Assembly: GCA_964016885.1 (NCBI GenBank)
Contig: OZ024742.1
Location: forward strand, 177,134,001-177,198,000
DNA from: Eledone cirrhosa
Taxonomy: Eukaryota
Direction of reading: 5' to 3'
Length of the DNA stretch: 64,000 nucleotides
Numbering within the stretch: the stretch's first letter is position 1; every line of letters begins with the position of its first letter. The notes under the pieces were generated by a model. The model was not told the origin of the DNA and did no database searches. It saw nothing but the letters and a program-made list of their open reading frames with translations. Shown here in pieces: positions 41,506 through 55,371 of this stretch. The position numbers and the translations under genes are program-made.

Positions 41506-41685
41506 ATATATATATGTATATATATATATATATAGTTAAAAGAATAGAGGTGTAACACACAAGTTATTATATATTGGTAAACGGAATAGAAAATGCTGAC
41601 AAATTGTTCACAGTTGAAAAATGGTTTAATTAGGAATAAAAGAGTATTAGTGATTGTATGGGTTAGTATTCAGTTGTGGTTTTAA

Positions 41686-41730
<45 letters not shown>

Positions 41731-42514
41731 ATATGTGTGTCTATATGTGTATATATGTGTGTGTGTGTATGTATTTGTGTATGCGTATGTATGTGTTTAT
41801 GTATTTGTATATGTATATTTATGTGTGAGAGTGTGTGTATGTATTTATTTTTACGTATGTATTTGTACGTGCATTTGTGTGTATTGCTTACCACGTGTGT
41901 CTTTTCATTTATTTGTTGCCTGTATCGCTGTCAACTTTTGTCTTTATTATTTTTTTATATATACTTTTTATTATATTTATTTGCGGGTGTGAATATGTAG
42001 AGGTGTGTGTATATTTTTCTAATATTCTGCATGCATGTGTATGCATGTATATATGTGTGTATGTATGTGTTTGTATGTACGTGTGTATATACGTATGATT
42101 GTGTGTATGTTTATATGTATGTGTGTATGCCTATATATATGTATATATATATTTCTATTTCTATATATATATATATGTATATATATGTGTGTGGTTGTAT
42201 ATATGTATGTGTTTGTATGGATATGTTGATATTTATGTGTCTATGTATGTGTGTGTATATGCATGTGTATGTATATATATACACATATATATGTGTATAT
42301 GTGTGTGTGTATGTATGTGTGTATGTATGTATATATATATATATGTGTATGTAGATACTCGTGTGTGTGTGTGTATGTGTGTGTGTGTGTGTGTGTGTGT
42401 TTGCATCTGTGTTTTTATTTTATTATTATTTTCCTTCTTCCTTCTCCAAATTCACTTTCATATAGATTGCATTTTTGATTTTTAAAATAAAATTCAATAA
42501 ATAGACCTGGAGTT

Positions 42515-42574
42515 TTTCATTCTGATGATTGAAAGCAAATTTGTTTGCTTTTAAGAAACCACTGTTAAATGGAA
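42515..42574 (+). ncRNA. type I hammerhead ribozyme motif
   Basis: TTTCATT-CTGATGA-TTGAAAGCAAA-tttg-TTTGCTTTTAA-GAAA-CCACTG-TTA-AATGGAA. 7-bp stem I and 11-bp stem II; stem III has one mismatch. Confidence 0.75.
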
Positions 42575-42679
42575 TAATTGCCTTATGTTGTTTATTACAT
42601 AATTATTAAGCTCTGTTACCTACATAGAGCACTCTTTTATCCTGGACTTTTCCGACGGAATTGCTTCACACACACAAGG

Positions 42680-43012
<333 letters not shown>

Positions 43013-43036
43013 CTATCTATCTATCAATATATATAG

Positions 43037-43217
43037 TGGATTGGCAGTATCGGTAGAGGGTCAGACACCATGCTTTGACGCATAGAGTTACGGCCCATTC
43101 CATTCAGAGTTCAAATCCCGCCGAGGTCAACTTTGCCTTTCATCCTTACGGGGTCGATAAAATAAAGTACCAGTAATGTACTGGATAATTGCTGGTCTTG
43201 TGCTAAAAGTAGAAACA

Positions 43218-43218
<1 letters not shown>
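43037..43218 (+). mobile_element. tRNA-derived SINE (young family)
   Basis: A box, B box and central domain as in the other copies. Confidence 0.92.
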
Positions 43219-43249
<31 letters not shown>

Positions 43250-43313
43250 CTTTGTGTCAGTGCGGGTCAGTATGTGTATGTGTGTGCGTGTATATATATA
43301 TATATATATATTT

Positions 43314-43837
43314 ATATGAATAAAGTTGTCCTTCATCAGTGATTTTCCAACGATCACAGATAATACTTCGCATTAAATACCATATACCTCCGGTTGGTGC
43401 GAGCAACGGCTAGAAAAAGTCGTTTGGACACGTAAATAAAGGGGACTGCGAGAGTGCAAACAAACAATGATAGTGAATCAACGAAAAGTGAGGAAGAACG
43501 AGTCACGTCCCAAATTTCCATGAATATAAGTTCGGTGAAATCGTGAACGAGAGAGCATAAAGACCATCAAACCTGGTTGGAATGTGAGCAAGGAAGGAAT
43601 TCCGTACCATTTCACCGAACTTATATTCATGGAAATTTGGGACTTGCCTCGTTCTTCCTCACTTTCCTTTGCTTCACCATCTTTGTTTGTTTACACTCTC
43701 GCTGTCCCCTTTATTTGCGTGTCCCAACGACTTTTTTTAGCCGTTGCTCGCACCAACTGGAGGTATATTGTCTTTAAAGCGAAGTATTACCTGCGACGGT
43801 TGGAAGATCACTGATGAAGGACCACTTTATTCATATG
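43314..43837. mobile_element. long inverted-repeat element (family H)
   Basis: About 228-bp imperfect arms (43314-43541 / 43609-43837) around a ~67-bp spacer. Each arm ends near CACTGATGAAGG. Confidence 0.85.
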
Positions 43838-43883
43838 TAACCCATTTGCAACCACGCAGCACGTTTATTACTATATTTACACA

Positions 43884-43943
<60 letters not shown>

Positions 43944-44278
43944 CATATAACATATATGCAAATCGCTGACCATTTCAGATACACGACTAGCCTTAGCATA
44001 ATATTCATTGTGATTCAGCATTATATAATGGGTGACATGATTAACTCATTGTATTGCGTGTGTATTCCAATCGATGTGCTTTCAAACAGCTTCCATCTAC
44101 TCTCTTACAGTAGTCAGGAATCATGGAACAACTGAAAAACTAAGTTAAATGTCACTTGCTGAAGATGCCATGCAGCACCGGAATCTGGTCTGTTATATTA
44201 TGATTTCGAAGCGAATTTTGCTACGTTAGCTACACATTGCTTAATGCAGTCATAGTGACGAAAGGTGAGTCGCTAGAT

Positions 44279-44620
44279 CACAGGTTCTGAAACTTTTTGT
44301 GCCACCGCCCCTCTTACAGCCAGGTAATACTCTCGGTTCCCCCACCCCTATGCCCGGAGAGACCTACCTACTCGCAAATTGTAATTAATATATAATAAAT
44401 ATAAACGTTAATTCATATAATAAATAATATAATATATATTATGTATAAATAAATGCTATACATATTTTATTTTACTATATATATATATATATGTATCATT
44501 AGATATTTAATATACTTTTATATCATTCTACCACCCTCCGGTGTCCCTCTAGGCCTCAGCGCCCCCTGGACATTCTCGGTACCTTCCGGGCTGCGGTAGT
44601 GAACACTTTGAGAAACTCTG
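44279..44620. mobile_element. hAT (Charlie-type) MITE
   Basis: Imperfect 16-bp TIRs (CACAGGTTCTGAAACT / ACTTTGAGAAACTCTG) and 8-bp TSD CGCTAGAT / CTCTAGAT, fitting the NTCTAGAN target preference of hAT-Charlie elements. Confidence 0.75.
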
Positions 44621-46724
44621 CTCTAGATGGTGATTTATCTGCTGGAAATAGCAGCCAAAACTGTTTCAAATCACACCATGTACATACTAAATAGAAACAT
44701 ATATTTAGATATCGATGCCCTTTTTGAAAAGGAAACAAGGAGGTGGTCATAACTAGAACAGATTTGATAAAATATCTCTTCGATTGATGAAAAAAAAAGT
44801 ACAGTGTTGGACGTAATCACATAAAATTCTTTCAAGCCAGCCGCAGTATGACAACAGACTACTAACAGAAAACAGTAAACGAACAAAATAATATAGAATA
44901 TATATGTAACTCCCAACCTAATAATGAAAAGATGGTGACTTTTGTGGGGTTCTGCAGATATAAGAAAAGGTGAGGTGGTGATAAATTTTCAATTGAATAC
45001 CATTAAAACGAAAACAAAACATAGACGTCAAGTCGTATTGGAGGAATGTTTCTACTCTTTGGTGTTCATGGTGAAAGTTTCCAAATAAAACGTCAAACCA
45101 TGCAAACGTTATGAAATAAATATTGCTCTGTCGTGTAAATAAATTATTTAGTAGTTGAATCAGGACGAAGAGGCAAATATTATATACTTCACAGGCCGTA
45201 TGAAGACACTGAACATACGCACATGCACACATAGACACACGTACGAGCACAAACACAGACACACACATAACTATATATATACACACACACACACAAATAT
45301 ATATATATATGGGGGGGGTATGTATGTATATGTATGTGTGTGTATATGGATATATATATAAATATACATATTTGTGTGTATGTGTATGTGTGTGTCAGTA
45401 ATTTCAGATATCCTGTTCTCGCATTGATATATATATATACTCTTATATGTATTATTCAGAAGTTTGTAATTCAAGTATCAGTTTCATTATTCGATCCCAA
45501 TTAGCCGAATCCTCGGCAAAATACTTCTATCCGAGCCCGAGTTGACCCATGCATTGCTAGGGAAATTCAATACATGAAGGTGTATGGAAATTCATCGCTT
45601 GTAATGTATCTGCAATTAAAACAAGAAGGTATTTTTATAAGTGAATATTTTCATGGTGTTAATTTATATGTTTTCATCATGTTAAATTAATGTTTGTCAA
45701 TTATGTTAAACTATGATTGTGGTTGCTGTTATAGTAGATGGAACATGTACTGGGATCGTTTTAATCGACATTTCCTTCTCAAATTTGCTCGTCTTGCTCT
45801 AAAATTAGAAATTATTATTAAAATAGTGGATATTATTTTCGAGATTATTATTCTCTTTACTATTATGATTAAGCTTGTGATTGCCGTAACGACTTGAACT
45901 ATTATGATCGTAACTATTGTGATCATAATTGATCATTATACTTACAATCTTGTTCATTATGATTAAAGAGATGTCTATGATTTTACTTATTATTAAAATG
46001 AATAGTTCGTTTTTTTTTAAGAGTGTGTCTATGGTCAATGTTTCGCTTATCATGCTAATAAGTATTAAAAATATAAATTTAACTGAGATAATTGCGACTG
46101 TTCAACGTCCAGTCACTTGTGGTAAGTAAAACAATGAAATTTCATGAGAGATATTTAGCAGACCTCTAGTTAAAAATAATTGAAAGTATTTCAAAAAGAA
46201 TGGAAGGGCATGGACCGTCATCGGTAATATAGGTATATAGGTATATGTATATATAGGCATATATGTGTGTGTGTATGTATATAAATAAATAAATAAATAT
46301 ATATATATATATATATAAACATATGTATACACACAAACGCACACACACACACACAGACACACACAAACCCATACACACATATATATAGTGGGGATATATG
46401 TATATCAATCTCCTCGCCAAAAAATTAAATGAGTAGAAAAGTGATCAAATAAACTATTTAAAGTGGATTTTAATGAGCTAATTTTCTTCCATAATATTGT
46501 TGAACATTGTCAAGTGACCAAGAAGTCATCAATAATTTACATCAATACTTAGGTTCATTGAACTATCGAACACCTCTTCAGTTAAATATGATTAATGTCA
46601 GATATACTCTGTCTCTAGATCATTCTCTATTAGCAGTATATCATTTAGCGGAAATACACACATATACAAACGTAAAAATACCTATATACACACACACTCC
46701 CGCACACACACACATACACACACA

Positions 46725-46806
<82 letters not shown>

Positions 46807-46843
46807 AAAACATGAGAAGGAATACTGCGTGGTTGCACATGGG

Positions 46844-46873
<30 letters not shown>

Positions 46874-46877
<4 letters not shown>

Positions 46878-47070
46878 CAGAAATAGCTTCTACAGGACTA
46901 GAACTGTTTCATTCGGGAGAAATCATCGCCGGGAAGCCGATGATTTCTCCCGAATGAAACAGTTCTAGTCCTGTAGAAGCCATTTCTATATTAATTATTT
47001 ACACTATGCTATGTGTTGAGTACCTTAATTTACTGTGGTTACCCACGATTGAACCGGGGATAAACTTTTC
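46874..47070 (+). mobile_element. hairpin element with unique tail (family I)
   Basis: 55-bp near-perfect arms (46874-46928 / 46938-46992), 9-nt loop, GTTTC...GAAAC geometry. Confidence 0.85.
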
Positions 47071-47072
47071 TC

Positions 47073-47149
<77 letters not shown>

Positions 47150-47473
47150 TATACGTGTGTCGATATGTGTGTCTCTGTGTATCTACCAGCTTGCTACTAG
47201 AAATTATAATAAAATTCACACATATAATATAGGCGCGGATTGTGGATTAAAACGTCAGGTTTCACTTAGTCTACATTATACATGTACATACATCAAGTGT
47301 TATAAGAGTCAACTACCCCAGTCTCTATATCAGTCGTTTAATCTATATTTTCACCTCCAATGTTTTAATTTAAATTTCATCTTTGATATCAATACATTGC
47401 CGTATCTTTTCTTCTGATAAAATCTGCTTTTCTTTCTCTCGTTTGGTCTTGCGAACTCACATATTTATATGTA

Positions 47474-47520
<47 letters not shown>

Positions 47521-47560
47521 ATATATATATATATATATGCATGTATATATACATACATAC

Positions 47561-47621
<61 letters not shown>

Positions 47622-47896
47622 AGTGTGTGTCTCTGTGTGTGTATGAATGTATATATAATAAACTTAGGAAAATGAAGACAAGACAAAATGAAAACTATTT
47701 TCTGAAGGAGTAACCTTAGAAAATTATCTTTTGAAAATAAAATTACAAATAAAAATACGGAGCTTCAGGTTTTCAGTCGTTTAGATAGACGTTAGCAATT
47801 TAATCCCCCTACTAACGGTATTGCTCTATCCACTCGGATCACGCCGTCTGACACAATCCAAAGTTCTTCATGTGTCGTCATGGAGTAGATATTTTG

Positions 47897-47945
<49 letters not shown>

Positions 47946-48200
47946 GTATATGTATATTCTTTTTTTTTTTTGTTAGTATATTTTGGTTGTTTACCGACAC
48001 CTCAATATGCAGATTTGAGCACTCGACGAAGTACGCAGATTGGTTTGTTTACTCCGGAGTAATGTAAAATAATTAAGTCAAATAGGTAAACACCCTTTTG
48101 TAGTGTTTATTATAATAAATTACTGTATTTTGATCTGTTTTTAACATCTCCACCTTTATATCAAATCCTTTATATTGTTTCTTTCGTAAAAAAAGATATA

Positions 48201-48238
<38 letters not shown>

Positions 48239-48240
<2 letters not shown>

Positions 48241-48435
48241 AACGAGTGGGATCCCGACGGCTGAGCTCAAGCCGTTTCGACGGCTAATTCTGGACGCAGT
48301 CCAGAATTAGCCGTCGAAACGGCTTGAGCTCAGCCGTCGGGGTCCTACTCGTTCCCATTAACCACTCTACTACCCTAAGTATTGAGTACTTTGGTGCGTT
48401 ATGGTCCACCTGGTTCCTTACCACATTTCCTTCGT

Positions 48436-48440
<5 letters not shown>
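48239..48440 (+). mobile_element. family F hairpin element
   Basis: 57-bp arms (48239-48295 / 48299-48355), 3-nt loop, then an ~85-bp tail; between (TA)n tracts. Confidence 0.9.
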
Positions 48441-48510
<70 letters not shown>

Positions 48511-48516
<6 letters not shown>

Positions 48517-50403
48517 ATATTTGGGGAGGGTCATATTTGCGTAATATTGCCAGAATTAATAACAGAACACACTCACTGTTTGGTTGGTTTTCGCTTCTCG
48601 CTGTCTTTTATATCTGCGATCTAACTTACTCGGTCCTCAATGTTGCCATTGACTGACCGGCGGTCAAAAATAATACAGATACAATATAGACACAAACCCA
48701 TATATATAGTTTACATAATTTACATAAATCTTTCGTTGCACATCTGCAACATCGTCAGTGGTGTTATATTCATTGTTCCTCCTGTTGTGTTGTATGTCTA
48801 CGCCATTTTTTTTTGTCTATATATTTATTTATTTATTTGCTTGTTTGTTTATCTTATTTTATTTTGTCTTCTTTGCGCATGCGTTTGCGTGTGTGTATAG
48901 TGTTATGTGTGATGTGTGACTAGTGTGTATAGTGCTGTGTCTGCTGGGTGACTAGTGTGTGTCTATGTGCTTGTTGTTATTGTGCTTGTGTATGTATATA
49001 TTTATCTTATTTTATTTAATTTTATTTACTTATTTATACTTCTCTTAGGTCAGTGTTGTTTGTTTGGGTGTTGTTGTTGTTCCACTCATTCTTTCTGTTT
49101 AGCTTTGGTCTTCTAATTTCTATTTCACTGGCCTCTCTGATTTGCCTATCTGCTGGGTCATTCCTATGTTTAGATATTATTCTAATTTCTATGTTGTCTA
49201 TGTTACCGTCATGTTGTTGTCTAGCATGTTCGTATAGTACTGACCCGTTTTTTCGTCCTTTTAGTTCCACCCAGTGTTGGTCTATCCTTTCACCTATGCT
49301 ACGAGCTGTCTCACCTATGTATGTTGTTGTCATGTTTCTGCAAGTACCCTCTGTACATCTTATGCTATAGACTACGTTTCTAGTTTTACAGTTTATCCGG
49401 GGGTTCACCTTACATATGATACATTTCCTATTGGTACTGTGGGTTTTCTTAAAAGGGTAGGTTTTGCTGATCAGGAATTTTATGGTGGTTCCTGGCTTTT
49501 CTACCACCTTTATTTTTAAGTGGGTCTTTCTCAGGGCCTTTCTACACTGGTTAGCTAATTTCCCTCCAGGGGTGGCGTCCACAAACATGACACTCTGATA
49601 TTTCTGGTTGTCGTACCATGATGTGGCCTTCCCTATCTTATGTCTAGCCCTATCTAAGCTATTCCATGATTTGCTCCTGTATAGTGGGCAAATTCCTTTC
49701 ATGTCCAGTTCTACGAGGGTCTTATACTTTTCCATGGCTCCTTCGTATACTCTGACTCTGTCTCTTTGGTTGTAGCCAGAGAACTGCATGCGGTTGATGA
49801 AGTGTTGGATGTGTCCTTCCATTTCTGGTGGGTCGCACATGCTGGACACATTCTTCATCACTCGTACCAAATCTGCGATCAGAATATTAAACTTAGCACT
49901 ACTGGACATTGTTGAGTTTTTGAGTATCAGGTATTTGGAGGCCATGGGTTTAGCATAGTGTGAGTGGAGAATTTGGGCTCTCTCTCGTCTATAGTGTTAA
50001 TCCAGAGTTCTGTGTCTAATACAGGTAGTCTATTGTTAGGGTGTTTGGAAGGGAAGTCTATAGTTACAGTTATACTCTGGTGTATGGAATTAGCTATCTG
50101 CTGGATGCTTTCCATCGTGCTACGTTCTAAATCAAACTTGTTAGTGCTCTCTAGTGGGGGTGTTCTTATAACTATATTGATATCGTCTACATAACGAGAG
50201 TACATGATGAGGTCTATGGAGCTTTCATTAAGGAGATCTTTAAGTCTCCTTTCCCACCATACCATGAAAAGGTTGGCAACATCACCAGCTATGCTGACGC
50301 CGATGGCTGCTCCCTCATTTTGGGTGTAGATTTTCTCATTGAACTTAAATATGTGGCCCTTTAGGGTAGTTTTGATACTAGCCCCTATTGCATGTGCGAC
50401 CAT
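48511..50403 (-). mobile_element. 5'-truncated Penelope-like retroelement (RT C-half + GIY-YIG; possibly Nematis-type)
   Basis: ORF 49927-50403: FKFNEKIYTQNEGAAIG..MYSRYVDD..LPVLD. ORF 49034-49945: SGY..PLYR..CIIC..NCKTRNVVYSIRC..YIGETARS..ER..H..H..H..RQIREA..LN. A frameshift separates them. The 3' UTR ends at (TA)n. Confidence 0.92.
48722..48762 (-). ncRNA. minimal type I hammerhead motif in the PLE 3' UTR
   Basis: CUGACGA-U-GUUGCA-gaug-UGCAAC-GAAA-GAUU-UA. Perfect 6-bp stem II; stem I is weak. Confidence 0.7.
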
Positions 50404-50528
50404 TTTTTTTTTTTTTTATATATATATATATATATAGTGAAAAAATTGAACGGGAACAAAACAGAGAGGCAGTACGAACAAAGGTTTATTAGTTTCACGC
50501 TCTTGAGAGTGGGGTGGTGGTGGGGAAC

Positions 50529-50556
50529 GACGTTTCGGGCATAAGCCCTTCTTCAG
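50529..50556 (-). ncRNA. minimal hammerhead core
   Basis: CUGAAGA-A-GGGC-uuau-GCCC-GAAA-CG-UC; no convincing stem I in cis. Confidence 0.65.
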
Positions 50557-51004
50557 GGGAAAAGTGTGTGGTAAGGGTGTGTAGGGGAGTGGTGGAGAGA
50601 CATATAGAAAAATGGGGGTGAGAGGAAACGGTACAAATGAAATTAAATATAAAAGCATAATAAAAATAAAAATATACATGAAGTAAAACAGGTGGTGGAA
50701 GGGTGTGGGGAGTATAGGGGTGGTGGTGGGTGGAGTGTGGAGAGGGAGGTGGGGTGTCCGACCGGGTAGGGCTGAAGGTGGTGTGTGTGTGTGTAGGTGT
50801 ACGTGTGTGTGTGTGTGTATGTGAAAGTAAGAGTTGGGGGAAGAACGGGGTTGCATGTTCAGAAAAAGGTGTGTAGGGGGTGCGGTGTAGGTCGGTGTGA
50901 ATGTGTGTGTGTGGATAGAGAGGGGTCAGAGGATTCCGGAGGCTGAGTGTGTAAATATGTGGTGGTACGCACGTGTTCGTGGTGTTTATACATTTATTTA
51001 TTGA

Positions 51005-51545
51005 AGACTGTAAGGTGTGATTTAAGTGATATTTGACTGCTGTTTCTAGCAGGTCAAGTGACTACATAAGGCTTTCTCGTTGTTGTTTAACCCCAGGACC
51101 CCCGGTTAAACAGGCCTATGATTAAAGCGTTAAATGAATCGGGGTTAACAACAACTAATCAACAATGGAACTTCTTACATGGTCGCCCGACCTGCGAGGA
51201 AAAGCAAAACCTACTCAAATTATTCTCGTCTTAAATAGAAAATAATACATAGGATAATGTAAACCGAGGTATACCATGCATGGAAAAAGATGGGATGGCC
51301 ATGGCTGGAATTATGAAATATCGATATTTTCATTGTCACGATTTAAATTCAGATTGTAGATAGACGGTTCTTGTTTATCCCTAGGTCATCCCCGATTGAG
51401 CCGACCAATCATCTAAAGGTATTCCAGCCATAACCGTCCTGTTGTGTTGTTGATGGTAGTGTTTTGTGTTGTTGGTGGTGTTTTGTTTTGTGTTTTATAT
51501 TTGAAGATTTGACTGCTATTTCTAGCAAGTTGAGCGGCCAAAGAT
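51005..51545. repeat. cluster of fragments of a dispersed repeat nested in the PLE 3' UTR
   Basis: ATTTGACTGCT.TTTCTAGCA.GT occurs near 51031 and 51507, with a reverse-complement-like copy near 44640. GCCATGGCTGGAAT / ATTCCAGCCATAACC blocks also resemble 26053. Confidence 0.55.
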
Positions 51546-53459
51546 TCTTCTAACGTTTAATCCGGTTTAAAATAAAAGCTTAATTTCGTTATAAGTAGGT
51601 GGATGTAGGTGCCATGTGGGAAAAAAAATGTTTGAGTGTATGTCAGTGGTTGATTGCTTAAGGTAGTTCCGTAGAGGATGTGGTGCAATGCTGGGTAATA
51701 TCCTTGGGATGTGGTTGATTCTTGTGAGCGATGTCCAATGTGTGTAATCCGTGGTTTTGTTGGTCGGAAGAGGGGAGATGTGGGGTGCGCGCGCAACAGG
51801 AGGTGGTCAGAGGGTCAAGGCAGGAGGAGGGTTGTGTGTCTGTGTGTGCGGGGAGGTGGTCAGAGATTCAGGGCATAGCAGCAGTCCGGTAGAATGGTAA
51901 GTGAAGAAAGTCGGTGTGTCAGTGTGTGTGGAGGTGCGGTGGACAGGGGTGAGGATGGGTAGGTGTGAAAGTTGGAGTGAGGAGGGATGTGTGTATTAGT
52001 GGAGATGTTAGTGGGATGTGTGTGTGTGTGAGAAAGGGTGTGGGTGGAGCGGGGAGAAAAGGGTGTGGTGGCCGGTGGAGGGAGTGTAGTGTACTGGTGT
52101 GTGTGCGCGTGTTCGGATGAGAGTGTGTGGGGAGAAGGGGGTGTTAGTGGGTGTTAGTATACTGGTGGTGGGGAAAGGGTTGAATGCGGGTGTTAGTGGG
52201 GGTCAGTGGTGATAGGATGTGTAGAGTGTGTGGTGTAAGTGGGTGTGTGTGTTCGTGTGCGTAGGGTTGGAGGGTGTTAGTGAAATTAGTTTCGTGTAGA
52301 GTGGGTGGTGTAAGTGGGTGTGTGTGTTCGTGTGCTTGGGCTCAGGGGGTATTAGTGATATTAGTTGTGGGGTGGTGGGGTGGATGTGTGGGGGTGAGGG
52401 TTAGTGGTGGTAGTAGGGTGTGTGTTTAGTGTGAGCGCGTGTATATATGTACCGGTGGGTGTGTGCGTGTGATAAGGGAATGGAGGGAGAAGAAAGGAGG
52501 GATGTTAGTATGTTAGTTGGGGAAGGGTGGTCGGGTGTGGGGTGGAGGTGTTAGTATTGTTAGTTGTGGGGTGGGCGGTGAAAAGGAGGAGTGTGTTAGT
52601 GGTGTTAGTGGGGGATATGTGTGGGGGAGGGCGGTCGAAGGTTAAAGGAATAAGGGTGGGGAGCTCAGGCCGGGGGGACTGTGGGTCTGTAGGGTGAAGA
52701 TGATTCGTTGTTCGACCCTGAGGAGAGTGGCGGGTGTTCCGTGGCATTGGAGTAGGCCACAGACTGTGAGGTGGTGCGTGGAATATCCAGGGGCACCAAA
52801 GTGGCGGGCGATGGAGGAACTACCACCTAGACGAATATCTCGGAGGTGTTCGGTAAACCGGTCCGCCAGGCGACGTCCAGTCTGTCCGACGTAGGTTGCG
52901 CTGTCCATAGACTAGGTTGGAGTGGGTGCAGCGGAAGGCATGCCGGAAAGAGATAGAGTAGCCGTTGGGTCCCTGGAAGGTGGTGGTGTTGGGGATGTGG
53001 GGACAAGTGTTGCAACGGGGCCTAGAACAGGGAAGGGAACTGGGGGCGTGTGTTGGGGGTTAGGGAGCTGTAGACGAGGAGGGTGCGGAGAATTGCGTGC
53101 GCGTTTGAAGGAGGGGAGTGGTGGGGCTGTGAAGATATGGGAGATGGAGGGGTCGGACTGGCGGCGTCGGAAGAGGCGGAGGGTGGTGCGGTGGCGGGGT
53201 ATGGTGGAGGGGTGGTAGGTGATGGGGAAGGGGTGACGTCTGGTGGGTGTGCGGTTACGTGGGGAGAGGGTGGTGGAGCGGTGGACAGCACGGGCACGGG
53301 TGAGAGCGGTGTGGGCGAGGGGGGGGGGAGTAACCTCATATATATACATATATATATATATATGAATGTATGTATGGTATATTTGGTAACATACTGTTTA
53401 ATTATAAACATTTTGAAGACCATGCGCTATATTTTTAAAGTAGTGACTATGTGACTTAC

Positions 53460-53545
53460 TTCCTTTTTCAGCAAAGGAAGGGAGAGAAGCTGACAGATCT
53501 GTTTCACACTGTTTGTGTTCCCCAGAGCAACGTACTTGCCGACCT
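53460..53545 (-). CDS. candidate isolated exon of an unidentified host gene
   Basis: Minus strand: pyrimidine-rich TTCTCTATAATTTTCGGCAG acceptor, 86 bp of unique sequence, then GAA|GTAAGT donor. Open frame VGKYVALGNTNSVKQICQLLSLPLLKKE (a second frame is also open). No homology recognised. Confidence 0.4.
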
Positions 53546-53964
53546 CTGCCGAAAATTATAGAGAATGCAAGATAATACATATTTACTCTCAATTTAAGAA
53601 AAATTACAAGCGAAAAGAAATCATGTACTGCAAAATTTACCTAATGCGACATTAGTGTAAGTACTATTGTAGTGGTAAAACTGGTGTCATAATAGGATCA
53701 GGAACTTCACTCCGTTTCCATCGACAGGCTACAAGAAGCATAAGAGAGGAGAAAAGCATGCGCAAACTTGCCAACCAACTTCAATCTAGCATTATGTGGG
53801 AACTTGCTTGCCAAATCCTTGACAGGACTAAAATGCCATGCCAAATATAAACATCCAAACTGTATCAACTGAATAGGTTGTTCGGATCGATATATGTTGA
53901 AATCGACGGAAGATTTCGTCAGTCGATCAGTCAGCCGATGAGCACCTCACATCACCTATCTCAT

Positions 53965-54180
53965 GCGCGCGCTTAACGTTGGTCTTAGTCTTACACGATG
54001 AAGGCCTTCCTCTCCTGGAGAGCACTTCCATCTACTCGTGTCCCTCCTTGTCACTTTTGTGCCTCTCAAAACGCGTTAATGCGACATCGTGTCATCTCCG
54101 TACACTTGTTGCAGTATTCCGAGTGGTTCTGGCAAGGTTTTCCCCAGCTGGACCAGATACGTCAGACTGGTCCATCGCTC
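53965..54180 (-). pseudogene. mariner transposase N-terminal (HTH) fossil
   Basis: Manual translation LVQLGKTLPEPLGILQQVYGDDTMSH*RV / FERHKSDKEGHE*MEVLSRRGRPSSCKTKTNV matches the mariner pattern KLGK...E...ML..VYGD..MS..RVFEW..RFKEG.E..ED..RSGRP.T. Confidence 0.8.
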
Positions 54181-55331
54181 TACGGCCTAGAATTGAGGAG
54201 CTGTTAACGAAAGCACGTGAAAAAACATACAATCGCTTATTACTATAAATTACTCTTATTACATCTTTTAAACAATAGACTACTGTAATATTATTGTAAT
54301 ATGCTGTCTCTTTCACTGTTTTTTTTCACATTTTTACCTATACATATATGTGTATATCTCGTATATATCTCCCCCTCTGCCTTCCCCTCTATCTATCTAT
54401 CTCTATCTCTCTGTATAAATATATCTGTATATATCACATATTTATATATGAGTATATATGTACATATATGTGTTTGTATAAATACATAAATGTGATTGTA
54501 CACGTATATGTATATATATTTTTTTGGTATATAAATAAATAAATATATAAATAACTACACGCACCTATGCACCCCCCCCCCTCCAAACACACACACACAT
54601 ATATATTTATATATATATATATATATATATACGATATAGTAGCTTTACTAAATTTGATTCATTAGTAGATAAGTTGAAGAGGAAAACATTGTATTCCCCT
54701 ATTAATTGGGATGTAAGATCAAATTCATATCTGGTAAATATCTTGAAAACTGACATTGAAGAACAAAAAGATAAAGAAAATAAGGGAGATAATTATATTA
54801 GTAAGAGTACATGGTTATTTATCCTGAATCTAACAAAAATTAAACATGATATAACAGCAGATAAAAATATAAAATGTTGTCAAAAATGAACTGAATTATC
54901 GACTTTGATTAAACAAAATAAAATAAGTTCCCTTATGAGTAGTTAGCAGGCAGAGAAACTAGGAAAGATAATCGAATAAATGAATTAAGGACCCAAAGGG
55001 ACATAAATTATGTTAATAAGCTTCAAGTAATATTTTCCTCGCATCATTATTTTTTTCAAGTTATTAATCGCAGAATGATTAAATTAGAATGTTCACACCT
55101 CTCACATCTCGCTAAATATATACAACATAAAATATTTCATTCATGTACAAAAGTTCTATGATGGCCTATTTCAGATGGTGCCGCATCAGGTCTGAATTAT
55201 TGAATATCAATTCAATATACACGTCTACAAATGTTTATACGTACTTGAGTTTAAATTTGTGCAATGGAGTGTAGATTTATTGCAGAATTTGGGTCGTTAC
55301 GCAAATCCTAGTTAAGGAAGAATGAAGAGAT

Positions 55332-55371
<40 letters not shown>

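Larger units (their letters stand above)
50436..53330 (-). mobile_element. 3' part of a Penelope-like element (GIY-YIG, Neptune-like) with ~2.2-kb C/A-rich 3' UTR
   Basis: PFPITYHP..QSDP..IF..PP..SFKRARN (52912-53349) and YVGQTGRRLADRFTEHLRDIR..IARHF..EQRIIFTLQTHSPPGL (52642-52908). Frameshifted; hammerhead near the 3' end. Confidence 0.85.
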
